DNA of 64,000 bases from an uncultured Eggerthella sp. (GCA_900542525.1 UQNZ01000003.1:48440-112439), one strand, 5' to 3'; shown: positions 53,475 to 62,861, counted from the first letter of the stretch. Program-made: numbers and translations. The notes: generated from the sequence alone by a model not told the origin.

Positions 53475-53684
53475 TGCTCTTCCTTTCAGACGCGTATCAA
53501 ATAGAATACGTTTGGCTCTGTAGCTCTATTCTTTGCGGTTGCTCGGAAAACATCCAATAGTATTAATTACCAATCGGGATAGCATTATTAGAAATACCTA
53601 TATCTCCCTGTCAAAAGCGAATATTCCGCTAATAGAATAGAGAAAAATACATCGCTATTTTTGTTATAATGTTTAACGTCGCGT

Positions 53685-53761
53685 CGGGATGTGGCGCAGT
53701 TTGGTAGCGCGCCTGCTTTGGGAGCAGGATGTCGCAGGTTCGAATCCTGTCATCCCGACCA
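53685..53761 (+). tRNA. tRNA-Pro (TGG)
   Basis: Acceptor cgggatg/catcccg, anticodon loop ttTGGga, T-loop GGTTCGAATCC, encoded CCA. Confidence 0.85.
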
Positions 53762-53769
53762 TTTTTTTT

Positions 53770-53843
53770 GCGGGTGTAGTTCAATGGTAGAACTCCAGCC
53801 TTCCAAGCTGGTCACGCGGGTTCGATTCCCGTCACCCGCTCCA
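53770..53843 (+). tRNA. tRNA-Gly (TCC)
   Basis: Acceptor gcgggtg/cacccgc, anticodon loop ctTCCaa, T-loop GGTTCGATTCC, encoded CCA. Confidence 0.85.
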
Positions 53844-53855
53844 GGAAAACTTTTA

Positions 53856-53884
53856 AGCCAAGGAAACTACCTTGGCTTTTTTAT
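53856..53884 (+). terminator. Rho-independent terminator after tRNA-Gly
   Basis: Hairpin agccaagg-aaacta-ccttggct followed by a TTTTTTATT tract. Confidence 0.7.
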
Positions 53885-53931
53885 TCCAACAAGGTAGAGG
53901 GGATCGAACCAACGTCGTTCATCACCTATGA

Positions 53932-54271
53932 CAAGCAGCACGCCTATGGGGCACTTGTAATTACTCGCTTTCGCTGTTCGCTTGCCTATTCAGGCAAGCT
54001 CATGCGCTTCGCTCCTTCGGACAGCCTATTTATATTGAAGTAAGCGGACTCAGAGTAATTTAAGTACCCTATAGGCTCAGCTGCTTGCTTAGTCGGAAAC
54101 ATCTAGCTCGATCAGCGAAGAGGGTGAGGCAACAAGGTGACTCTTCGCCGGCTAAATTCATTAGTAATAAAACCCGAGAAAAGCAGCGACGCATGAGCGA
54201 ATCAGCGCAAGCTGATTCGCGAACAGGGAAGCGGGTCACCCTCGTGTCTCGCGCTCGGCGCTGATCGAGCC
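53932..54271. ncRNA. Unclassified structured-RNA-like repeat element, copy B
   Basis: About 90% identical to the reverse complement of 7801-8131. Contains GNRA- and UUCG-type hairpins. No ORF is conserved between the copies. Confidence 0.55.
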
Positions 54272-54316
54272 GTGGAAGCTGCACAGTGTCGAGAAAGTAA
54301 TTTGTTATTAAACAAA

Positions 54317-55654
54317 TTACTTTGTCAAAGCAAAATAACGTTTATAGAAAACTGCGATACAGATACCGCAAACGATCAATGAGAGCGCTTCAGCAACGGG
54401 CACCGCACACCATACGCCCGTTATGCCCCACAACGTCGAAAACGAGATCAGACAGATGAGCACGAAAACAAAACTACGCAGCGTTGAGATGAGCGCAGAA
54501 ATACCACCGTTCGAAAGCGCGGTGAACATATTCGAAGTCATAAGACTGAATCCCGCGAACAAAAAGCCTGTTGCGAAGATACGCAAACCCCCACTTGCCA
54601 TAGCGAACAATTCGGTCCCTGGCGCAACGAAGATCCCTACCAAGAATTCATTACCGAACATGCAGGCAGCATAGAGAACGACCGACGCAGCCGCAATGAA
54701 AAAATAAGCATCACGCACCACCCGACGCAGCCGCATGCGATTCTGCGCCCCGAAGTTATAGCTGATGATCGGCGCGATACCGCTTGCGAAACCATATAAC
54801 CCTGCCGTAAAGAGAAACTCAAGATAAAGAATGACCGTGATAGCAGCAACACCTGCCTCCCCTGCAAGACGAAGCATGATGAGGTTATAGGAAAGCGTAA
54901 TGATCATCGCGGCAAGATTCGAGATCATTTCCGATACCCCATTGGTGCAGCTCTTCAAGATCATGCGCGGGCGATTCATGATGCGTCCAAAATGAAGGCT
55001 GTGCTGCTTATTGAAGAAGCAGATGAGTGCGATCACCACAGGAATACAGGTTGCAAGTCCTGTTGCAAGCGCCGCTCCCTTGATCCCCATTCCTACAACC
55101 ACGATAAGAAAATAGTCGCCAACGATATTGAAGATGCCAGAACACAGCGTTGCGATAAGACCGATCTGAGGTTTTCCTGCCGTGATGAAATAGCTTGAGA
55201 ACATGAGTTCGAGCACCCATGGTGCCAAGAATCCAATGATGCAATAGCAGTAATCCTTGCAGTACGGCATCAGTATTGCAGTTGCGCCAAGCGCGCTCAA
55301 GATCGGCTCCATGAAAACGAGGATTGCGATCATGAGAACCAAACCGAGAATCGTGCCGAAGAACACGAGCGTACTCAAGTTATCGAACGCCTGCTGTTCT
55401 TCACCTTCACCGATATTCTTCGCGATAACTGCAGAACCACCAGCGCCGAGCATCACCCCGAAACCCATCACGAGCGAAAAGAGCGGATTGACGATATTGA
55501 GCGCAGAGAGGGCATCGACCGAAACGAACTGCGCAACGAACACCCCGTCGACCATCGTATAGATGGACGTGAAGAGCATCATACATACGGTAGGAAGTGC
55601 GTATTTCAGCAATCCCCAAGCGCCGAAGTTTTGAGCGATCCTATTTTCAACCAT
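54317..55654 (-). CDS. MATE family efflux transporter
   Basis: Twelve predicted transmembrane helices with the MATE duplicated 6-helix organisation. A palindromic terminator lies just downstream (54286-54325). Confidence 0.8.
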   Translation of the reverse strand: MVENRIAQNFGAWGLLKYALPTVCMMLFTSIYTMVDGVFVAQFVSVDALSALNIVNPLFSLVMGFGVMLGAGGSAVIAKNIGEGEEQQAFDNLSTLVFFGTILGLVLMIAILVFMEPILSALGATAILMPYCKDYCYCIIGFLAPWVLELMFSSYFITAGKPQIGLIATLCSGIFNIVGDYFLIVVVGMGIKGAALATGLATCIPVVIALICFFNKQHSLHFGRIMNRPRMILKSCTNGVSEMISNLAAMIITLSYNLIMLRLAGEAGVAAITVILYLEFLFTAGLYGFASGIAPIISYNFGAQNRMRLRRVVRDAYFFIAAASVVLYAACMFGNEFLVGIFVAPGTELFAMASGGLRIFATGFLFAGFSLMTSNMFTALSNGGISALISTLRSFVFVLICLISFSTLWGITGVWCAVPVAEALSLIVCGICIAVFYKRYFALTK

Positions 55655-55797
55655 ACAACAAACCCTTTAAGGACAGAGAAACGAATACCCACACCGACAA
55701 TCCCGATACTCACTTGCTGCCCTGCACCCTCTACCCACTAGCAAGAATGCAATTGGCACATGAAGCGCGTTAGCCGCCTCTCACCCTTACATCGTAG

Positions 55798-56265
55798 CTA
55801 TGCCTCAGGCTGTTCGATCTTCTTATACATTGCGTAGAGCTCGGGCATGACCTTCTTCACTGCACATGGTTTGAAGGTTTCCGTTGATACCACTGCGTGC
55901 GTGGTGTAGCCCGTGATGCGGGGCTTCGCCGTTTCCGGGTTCTCCCCCTTGGCGAAGATTCGATAGCTATAGGTAGTACGCACGGTTGTTGCTTGCGAAA
56001 TACGCGTATAAACCGTTGCGGTCTCACCGAACTTGAAAGGAACACCATACGAGATATGAGCATCGATCACGGGACACTGATAGCCATCCGCTTCGATCTG
56101 AGGATACGGAAAACCGATCTCCTCCAACAAACGGCACCGCGCCACATCGAACCAGCTGAAATAGTTCGCATGGTAGACAACGCCCATGCAATCGGTCTCC
56201 GAATAACGCACTTCGATATCTGTCACGAACTCCATCGCTACACTCCCCATCTTTTGATCTCGCAC
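55798..56265 (-). CDS. Hotdog-fold acyl-CoA thioesterase (YbgC/4HBT-like)
   Basis: 4HBT-like motif (YSETDCMGVVYHANYFSWFDVAR). Divergent from menA, which suggests a 1,4-dihydroxy-2-naphthoyl-CoA hydrolase role. Confidence 0.65.
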   Translation of the reverse strand: MRDQKMGSVAMEFVTDIEVRYSETDCMGVVYHANYFSWFDVARCRLLEEIGFPYPQIEADGYQCPVIDAHISYGVPFKFGETATVYTRISQATTVRTTYSYRIFAKGENPETAKPRITGYTTHAVVSTETFKPCAVKKVMPELYAMYKKIEQPEA

Positions 56266-56284
56266 TTAATACTAACTTATATAA

Positions 56285-57280
56285 TTGAACGCAGAAAAGA
56301 TGTTTATGGAGAGAGGTATCGTGGAACAGAGAAACAACCGCAGGTCAGTTAAAAAAGCTTTCGAGCCGCTCACGCCAAAGCTCTGCTTCCAGCTCATGGC
56401 ACCTCACACGCTTGCGCCTTCGATCCTTGCGCTTACCTTCACGCTCGTGTTCACCATGATCACGTTCTCGGGGAGCGTAAATCTCCTTCTGTTCGCGATC
56501 CTATTCATCATCTGCACGCTGATGCAAGCTGCTGCGAACACCTTGAACGATTATTTTGACTACAAAAAAGGTACCGATTCGCTTGAAAACTCCTCCGAAG
56601 ACGCCTTCGATGCGGTGCTGGTCTATCATCACCTCAATCCGAATCATGTGCTCATATTCGCCATTGCCCAGCTAGTCATCGCCGCGATCCTGGGCTGCTA
56701 TATCGTTTCTATCTCAGGGCTCACCGTGCTGGTGATCGGCATCGTCGGCGCGATCGTGGTGGTTATTTATTCCGCAGGCAAGACTCCTCTTTCCTACCTT
56801 CCGATCGGCGAAGTTGCGATCGGTTTTACCATGGGCGGGCTCATTCCCCTTGCTTGCGTCTACGTTCTTTCTGGCGTGCTTGATTGGTGGCTCATGCTCA
56901 CCGGACTTCCGCTCATGATCGGCATCGGCATGATACTCGCCACGAACAATACGTGCGACATCGAAAAAGATATCGCTTCGAAACGCCGCACTCTCGCCGT
57001 CACGCTTGGTCGCGAGCAAGCACCAATGTTCTATAAGCTTGCACTCGTCGTATGGATGGCAGTAACGCTCATCCTTGAGCTGTGCTTCTACACACCTGGC
57101 GTGATAATGGGAATCTTGATGATCTGCGCAGCCTTCCCTGTTTTGCGCGCCCTGTTCGCCAACCCTTTGAATCAAGCCTCCCGCGATGGCGCCATGGCTC
57201 AGATCATCAGCTTGAACATCATCTTCATCTCATTCTATTGTCTGGCGATCGCTATCACGCCGATCGTCTCGTTCATCTAG
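56285..57280 (+). CDS. menA: 1,4-dihydroxy-2-naphthoate polyprenyltransferase (UbiA superfamily)
   Basis: UbiA-family Asp-rich motif NTLNDYFDYKKGTD and about 8 transmembrane helices. The true start may lie downstream of the ORF-track Met. Confidence 0.7.
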   Translation: MNAEKMFMERGIVEQRNNRRSVKKAFEPLTPKLCFQLMAPHTLAPSILALTFTLVFTMITFSGSVNLLLFAILFIICTLMQAAANTLNDYFDYKKGTDSLENSSEDAFDAVLVYHHLNPNHVLIFAIAQLVIAAILGCYIVSISGLTVLVIGIVGAIVVVIYSAGKTPLSYLPIGEVAIGFTMGGLIPLACVYVLSGVLDWWLMLTGLPLMIGIGMILATNNTCDIEKDIASKRRTLAVTLGREQAPMFYKLALVVWMAVTLILELCFYTPGVIMGILMICAAFPVLRALFANPLNQASRDGAMAQIISLNIIFISFYCLAIAITPIVSFI

Positions 57281-57287
57281 GTATTAT

Positions 57288-58253
57288 CTAGACACGCGGC
57301 ATTGGTGGCTGCCAAACGATGGTGCGCTTCCCATCGAGCGCACTCAAGCATGCCTCACGTTTGAGCTCTGCGATGCTCATCGCTTCCCATCCGGGGATAA
57401 TGCCTGAGCAATACGCGAGATATCCCAAGATCGCCTCTGCACTTAAGCCCAGCTCTTCGATAAGGTAGCCAAGCGATGCATCCTTGTTGCGCTTGGAGAG
57501 CTTGCGTCCGTTTTCGTCTACGAAGATCGGTACATGACCATAAACAGGTGTGGGCAGACCAAGCAGTTGCTGAAGGTAGATCTGCTTGGGTGTTGATGTG
57601 AGCAAATCAACGCCGCGCACAACCGAATCGATGCCCGAAGCAGCATCGTCGACCACCACCGCAAGCTGATAGGCGAATACCCCATCACTGCGCTTGATGA
57701 TGAAATCCCCTGCTTCATGCACAAGATCGAAACAACTCTTACCCTGAAATGCGTCAGTAAAGCACAGCGGGCTTGGAGCAGCAGCCACATCGAGGCGCAG
57801 CGCATAGCGCTCGGTAGACATGCGCTCAGTACGCACTTCAGGCAAGATATCCTTGCAGGTGTTTTGATAGATGAACTCTTCTCCAACGTGAGGAGCACGC
57901 GCGCTATGCAAGTCAGCACGGGTGCAGAAACAGGGATACACGAGCCCTTGCGCCTCGAGCGCCTCGCATGCACGCAGATAGCGCGCCTGCTGCTCTTCGG
58001 CGCTTTGATAGACGACCGCATCTGTCCATTCGAAACCGAACCACTCAAGATCGCGCATGATCGCATCGATATGCTCCTGCTTGGAACGATCGGGGTCAAG
58101 ATCTTCGATACGCAGCACCATCTCATCGGCAACGAGCGCCGCGATAAGAGAAGCGAAGATATTGCCAATATGGAATCGCCCTGAAGGGCTTGGTGCAAAA
58201 CGACCGCGAAGGAGCGGTCGTTTCATCTCGTCAGTTTCTACGATCGGTAACAT
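57288..58253 (-). CDS. gluQ: tRNA glutamyl-Q(34) synthetase (truncated GluRS paralog)
   Basis: Class I HIGH motif (SGRFHIGN) and a GluRS catalytic domain. The anticodon-binding domain is absent. Confidence 0.75.
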   Translation of the reverse strand: MLPIVETDEMKRPLLRGRFAPSPSGRFHIGNIFASLIAALVADEMVLRIEDLDPDRSKQEHIDAIMRDLEWFGFEWTDAVVYQSAEEQQARYLRACEALEAQGLVYPCFCTRADLHSARAPHVGEEFIYQNTCKDILPEVRTERMSTERYALRLDVAAAPSPLCFTDAFQGKSCFDLVHEAGDFIIKRSDGVFAYQLAVVVDDAASGIDSVVRGVDLLTSTPKQIYLQQLLGLPTPVYGHVPIFVDENGRKLSKRNKDASLGYLIEELGLSAEAILGYLAYCSGIIPGWEAMSIAELKREACLSALDGKRTIVWQPPMPRV

Positions 58254-59550
58254 GTTTCGTCTTGCCGAAACTACGCTCGATTCCGCCTGGCTCGATGAGC
58301 TTCACATCGGACGAAACGAGCATCGTGTCCTTGAGCTTGGTCTGAATCTGCTTTCGAAAGCGATCCATCTCTTCGAAGGAATCGGTGAATGATTCTGGCA
58401 GCAGCTCAACCATGATGACCATGTGATCGAGTCCGCTATCGTTATCGACTTCGATACGATAGTGTGGGCTCACACCTTCGATGCCAGCCAAGATGTCTTC
58501 TACCTGCGAAGGGAACACATTGGTTCCGCGGATAATGAGCATATCGTCAGTGCGGGTACGCACCTTCTTCATGCGCGCGTGGGTACGTCCGCAGGCGCAC
58601 GGCTCGGTGATCACATAGCTCAGGTCGTGCGTGCGGTAACGTAATACCGGGAATGCCTGTTTATCGAGCGGCGTAAGCACCAGTTCACCTGGCACGCCTT
58701 CAGGAAGTGGCTCGCCGGTCTTCGGATCGACGATCTCCCAGAAGAAATGATCCTCAGCGATATGCTGCATATCGCGGCAGGCAAGGCATTCGCCCGAAAC
58801 ACCTGGACCCATCACCTCGGTGAGGCCGTAATTATCGGTGCAGATGATATGCATGCGACGCTCGATCTCTTCCTTGAGCGCTGGCGGACAAGGTTCACCG
58901 CCGAAGAGCCCGATGCGCAAGCTCGAGTTCTCCCAATCGAAACCATGCTTCTCGCCATATTCGCACATGTGCATCGCATAGGAAGGAGTGGCGATGAGTA
59001 CGGTGGTCTGGTAGTCGTTGATCATCATGAGGTGACGTTCGGTATTGCCTGAGCCTGCCGGGATGACCATACAACCCAGATGCTCAAGGCCATAATGCAG
59101 ACCAAAGCCACCGGTGAACATGCCATAACCGAACGCCATCTGAACGCGATCCGAAGGCACCACGCCTGCCATCTGGGCCAAGCGGGCAATGCAGTCACGC
59201 CAGACATCAAGATCGTGATCGTTGTACCCTACCACGATCGGCTTTCCCGTGGTGCCCGATGAAGCATGCAGACGCACCACATCATCGAGCGGAATAGCGA
59301 AGAGACCGAACGGATAGGTATCGCGCAGCACCGACTTATCCGTGAAGGGAAGCTTGCGGATATCTTCGAGCGTTTGGATATCGCCCGGCACCACTCCAAG
59401 TTCTCCCATCTTCTCGCGATACCAAGGCACGCGCTCATAAGTCCACGCAACCTGATCCTTGAGCTTGGCAAGCTGCAACGCACGGATCTCTTCACGAGAC
59501 ATCGTTTCGATCTCGGGCTGGAACATCGGGGTGATCACTGAATTACTCAT
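58231..59550 (-). CDS. paaK: Phenylacetate--CoA ligase family protein (PaaK / F390 synthetase-like)
   Basis: AMP-binding motif SSGTTGKP and the PaaK-type C-terminal domain. Confidence 0.8.
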   Translation of the reverse strand: MSNSVITPMFQPEIETMSREEIRALQLAKLKDQVAWTYERVPWYREKMGELGVVPGDIQTLEDIRKLPFTDKSVLRDTYPFGLFAIPLDDVVRLHASSGTTGKPIVVGYNDHDLDVWRDCIARLAQMAGVVPSDRVQMAFGYGMFTGGFGLHYGLEHLGCMVIPAGSGNTERHLMMINDYQTTVLIATPSYAMHMCEYGEKHGFDWENSSLRIGLFGGEPCPPALKEEIERRMHIICTDNYGLTEVMGPGVSGECLACRDMQHIAEDHFFWEIVDPKTGEPLPEGVPGELVLTPLDKQAFPVLRYRTHDLSYVITEPCACGRTHARMKKVRTRTDDMLIIRGTNVFPSQVEDILAGIEGVSPHYRIEVDNDSGLDHMVIMVELLPESFTDSFEEMDRFRKQIQTKLKDTMLVSSDVKLIEPGGIERSFGKTKHVTDRRN

Positions 59551-59627
59551 GGGTTCTCGATTCTGATATTGAATAGAATGGACGTAAGAAGATAGCGGAT
59601 ACTATTTGCACACAGGTAACAAGCGCA

Positions 59628-60041
59628 TTACGCTGAGAAATCAACCTGCGAAACAAGTTCGACCGGCTGTTCAGCCAATGCAGCTTCAGCGCGCGCAACG
59701 TCTTCGACGCCGACCGCGATATAGGTTGAGATGAGCGAATAAGAATACTTCACGTTCATATCTTGCTGGGCGATCACATCGAACACGCGCACCAGTTCAC
59801 CTGGTTCATCGACAAGCTTCAAGCAGAGCACATCAGCCTGCTTGACCGCCATACCTTTTGCTTCGAGCACTTCAAAAGCGCGCTGCGGCTTATCGACCAC
59901 GAACCGCGCGATGCCATAATCGCCCGTATCGCTTAACGCATAGCCTTTCACGCTGATATCGTTTTCCACGAACACTTCGAGCACGCGCTTCAGGTGACCG
60001 ACCTTGCTCTCGATGAAAACGCTTAACTGGGCAACAGCCAT
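59628..60041 (-). CDS. Tandem ACT-domain protein
   Basis: Two ACT-like beta-alpha-beta-beta-alpha-beta units in 137 aa. Typical companion of paaK and iorAB. Confidence 0.65.
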   Translation of the reverse strand: MAVAQLSVFIESKVGHLKRVLEVFVENDISVKGYALSDTGDYGIARFVVDKPQRAFEVLEAKGMAVKQADVLCLKLVDEPGELVRVFDVIAQQDMNVKYSYSLISTYIAVGVEDVARAEAALAEQPVELVSQVDFSA

Positions 60042-60043
60042 AG

Positions 60044-60778
60044 CTACTCTCCTTGCATATAGTTGGCACCCAGATGGAATGCCTCGAGGTTGATATCGAT
60101 GGTTTTGGGCGGGACATTATCACGAATGACCTCTTCCCAAAGGGAAAAATCGAACGGAAGGCTTACTGCGAGCGCACCGAGCAGCACGACATTCGCACAT
60201 TTCGCCGTTCCTGCGCTGCGCGCCAATTCGCTTGCTGGAATAAGTGTTGCTCCCAATTCATCAAGACGCTCACGCGCACGAACAGGCATCTCAGCCTTGC
60301 CCGTGAGCACGGGAAGCGGCTTGATCTCTTCATCGTCCACAACGAGCACGCCGCCTTCCTTCAGATAAGCCAGGTTGCGGAGTGCTTCTGTGGTCTCGAA
60401 TGACACGATGTTGTCGGCACAACCTTCGTCGCAGACCATCGTGGAAACGTTATCGCCAAAACGCACGACCGTGGTAACCGCGCCACCACGCTGCGCCATA
60501 CCGTGAATCTCAGAAACCTTACAGCACTTCCCTGCCGCGCTCGCAACACGCGCGAGCAACGTTGCTGCAGTGATCGTGCCCTGACCACCAACGCCACAAA
60601 GCAAAATGGTGAATGTTTTATCGCTCATATCGCGCTCCCCTCTACAGACGCTCGATCGCATCGAACGCGCAGTACTGGGCGCACTGCGAGCATCCATTGC
60701 ACATATCAGTATCGATCGACGAAAAGCCTGTTTCGCGATCGGTTGAAATTGCGGGACATCCCAGCGTGACACACACAC
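60044..60778 (-). CDS. iorB: Indolepyruvate ferredoxin oxidoreductase subunit beta
   Basis: CGVGGQG nucleotide-binding motif. The true start is probably MSDKTFTILL at about 60630, shorter than the ORF-track start. Confidence 0.8.
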   Translation of the reverse strand: MCVSRWDVPQFQPIAKQAFRRSILICAMDARSAPSTARSMRSSVCRGERDMSDKTFTILLCGVGGQGTITAATLLARVASAAGKCCKVSEIHGMAQRGGAVTTVVRFGDNVSTMVCDEGCADNIVSFETTEALRNLAYLKEGGVLVVDDEEIKPLPVLTGKAEMPVRARERLDELGATLIPASELARSAGTAKCANVVLLGALAVSLPFDFSLWEEVIRDNVPPKTIDINLEAFHLGANYMQGE

Positions 60779-62369
60779 CGCAGCCCGTGCAGTTTCCGTT
60801 CACATAGTATGGCTTGTCCTTCGTTTTTGAAAGCAATACACAAGGTCCGCGGAACACAATCACGTCGAGCTCATCGCGCCCGAGCGCATCTTTGAGCGCC
60901 GCGCGTACCGCATCACGATCGAACGCATCGACCACCTGCACGTGATCGACACCGATTGCTTCTAGGATCACCGGCAGATTGAGCTCGTTGCTTTCGCGGT
61001 TTTGCAGGGTGACGCCATTGAATGGATTGCCTTGTTGGCCGGTCATGGCAGTCGTGCGATTATCCAGGATGCAGATCGTGCCTGCACCCTTGTTATAAAC
61101 CGTATTGATAAGGCTCGAAAGACCTGAATGCGCAAACGTGGAATCGCCGATCACGCCCACGATCGGACGATGATCGCTTCCCGCCATCGCGAGTTCAAAG
61201 CCATGCGCCATCGAAACAGAGGCGCCCATGTCAAGCGTGGTGTCCATAGCTGAAAGCGGTGGCAGAGCGCCAAGCGTATAGCAACCGATATCACCCGTGA
61301 CAATGGCCTTATTGCGTGCCAGCTCGCGAAAGACGATGCGGTGCGGACAACCCGCGCAAAGAGCGGGCGGGCGATTGGGGACATCGTTGGGAGTATCAAG
61401 ATGCGCAGGGGTTTCTTTCCCGAACGCACGCAGAATATCTTCAGGATGAATCTCACCATCAGCAGGTAATGGAGTAACGAATTCATCCAGCGCAATACCG
61501 CATGAACGCACCGCGTCGGAAAGATAGGTCGAAGCCTCTTCGACCACATACACCTTATCCACGCTCTCAGCGAACTGTGCAAGTGCACCCGCAGGCAGCG
61601 GCCAGGTTACCCCCAGCTTGAAGATGTTCACATCACCCAAGGCTTCTTTCACATGCTCATAGACTGCACCAGCACAGATGATACCGATGCTCGCATCGCC
61701 CTTCTCCACACGATTGAACGGACACGTTTCCACCCAATCTTTCAGCGTTTCAGTGCGCTTAGCCACAACTTTACGACGCGGCTTCGCGAATGCAGGCATC
61801 ATGACCCATTTGGTAGGATCAGTTTCGTAAGGCTTCTTTTCAACCTCAGTACGATCCCCTACATCAACAGGTGTTTTCGTGTGAGAGATGCGTACAGTGG
61901 AGCGCATCATGAAGGGAACGTCGAACTGCTCGGAAAGATCGTAGGCGCTGCGTGCGAAATCGAGTGCTTCCTGCGAATCGGCAGGCTCAAGAATGGGCAC
62001 GAGCGAAGCCATGGCATAGTAGCGACTGTCTTGCTCGTTCTGTGAAGAGAACATGCCCGGATCGTCGGCAGCGAGCAAGAGCACACCGCCGTTAACACCA
62101 GTATAAGAAGCGGTGAAAAGCGGATCAGCGCATACATTCACGCCCACGTGCTTCATCGTAACAAGCACGCGTGCTCCCGCCGCAGAAGCGCCCATCGCAA
62201 CCTCAAGCGCGACTTTCTCGTTCGGACACCATTCCGCGTAAACACCAGGAAGCGTTGCGAAGGTTTCCATGGTCTCGGTAGAAGGTGTTCCCGGATAGGC
62301 CGTGCCAATATGACATCCTGCCTCCCATGCACCACGCGCGATCGCTTCATTACCTGATAAAAATTCCAT
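60642..62369 (-). CDS. iorA: Indolepyruvate ferredoxin oxidoreductase subunit alpha
   Basis: TPP-binding domain plus two C-terminal 4Fe-4S ferredoxin motifs (CTGCGVC, CNGCSQCAQYC). Confidence 0.85.
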   Translation of the reverse strand: MEFLSGNEAIARGAWEAGCHIGTAYPGTPSTETMETFATLPGVYAEWCPNEKVALEVAMGASAAGARVLVTMKHVGVNVCADPLFTASYTGVNGGVLLLAADDPGMFSSQNEQDSRYYAMASLVPILEPADSQEALDFARSAYDLSEQFDVPFMMRSTVRISHTKTPVDVGDRTEVEKKPYETDPTKWVMMPAFAKPRRKVVAKRTETLKDWVETCPFNRVEKGDASIGIICAGAVYEHVKEALGDVNIFKLGVTWPLPAGALAQFAESVDKVYVVEEASTYLSDAVRSCGIALDEFVTPLPADGEIHPEDILRAFGKETPAHLDTPNDVPNRPPALCAGCPHRIVFRELARNKAIVTGDIGCYTLGALPPLSAMDTTLDMGASVSMAHGFELAMAGSDHRPIVGVIGDSTFAHSGLSSLINTVYNKGAGTICILDNRTTAMTGQQGNPFNGVTLQNRESNELNLPVILEAIGVDHVQVVDAFDRDAVRAALKDALGRDELDVIVFRGPCVLLSKTKDKPYYVNGNCTGCGVCVTLGCPAISTDRETGFSSIDTDMCNGCSQCAQYCAFDAIERL

Positions 62370-62426
62370 GCGTAATCCTTGTTCGTGTTTTTAAAAGATT
62401 CAAAAGACTAGATCTTGAGGAACTGC

Positions 62427-62861
62427 TTATTCGACGAAACGAAGAACGAAACAGCCGATCTGCAGAAGGTCGCCCGGGTTCAACACGGCATTCTTGATCG
62501 CTTCATTGTTCACCCACACGCCGTTGAATGAATCGCGATCAGTGATGATCCATTCGCCGTCGATCTTCTCCATTTCAGCGTGGACACGCGAAACGGTCAT
62601 GTCGTTGAGCATCACGCCACATTGCGGAGAACGGCCGATCTCGATGAAATCGCTCTCAAGCGGAAACACCAGACCTTCCTGCTTGCCATAGCACACGCGA
62701 AGCGACGCAGGTGCCTGATCAGCAGCATGAGCACGCTCGCCTTCAGTGTCGATAGATATCGCCTCGAATGCTTGGGTAGCATCTTGGAAATGGTAACCGC
62801 ACACCGAGCAGCAATCTCCATCGTTATTCGCTTCATTCATGCACACTGGACAAGTTGTCAT
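62427..62861 (-). CDS. FHA-domain protein with N-terminal zinc-ribbon
   Basis: Starts MTTCPVCMNE, then CCSVCGYHF (zinc ribbon), followed by a canonical FHA core (GRSPQCGVMLNDMTVSRVHAEM, NGVWVN). A GAGGG ribosome-binding site lies upstream. Confidence 0.7.
   Translation of the reverse strand: MTTCPVCMNEANNDGDCCSVCGYHFQDATQAFEAISIDTEGERAHAADQAPASLRVCYGKQEGLVFPLESDFIEIGRSPQCGVMLNDMTVSRVHAEMEKIDGEWIITDRDSFNGVWVNNEAIKNAVLNPGDLLQIGCFVLRFVE

Noticed and set aside
53888-53931. tRNA-like T-arm motif (ggggatcgaacc on the minus strand) at the 5' edge of copy B, as a possible tRNA fragment or integration att site
   Set aside because: No complementary acceptor or anticodon arms could be assembled around it, and the motif is absent from copy A. 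It is too weak to call a tRNA remnant. It is mentioned only as context for the tRNA-adjacent location.
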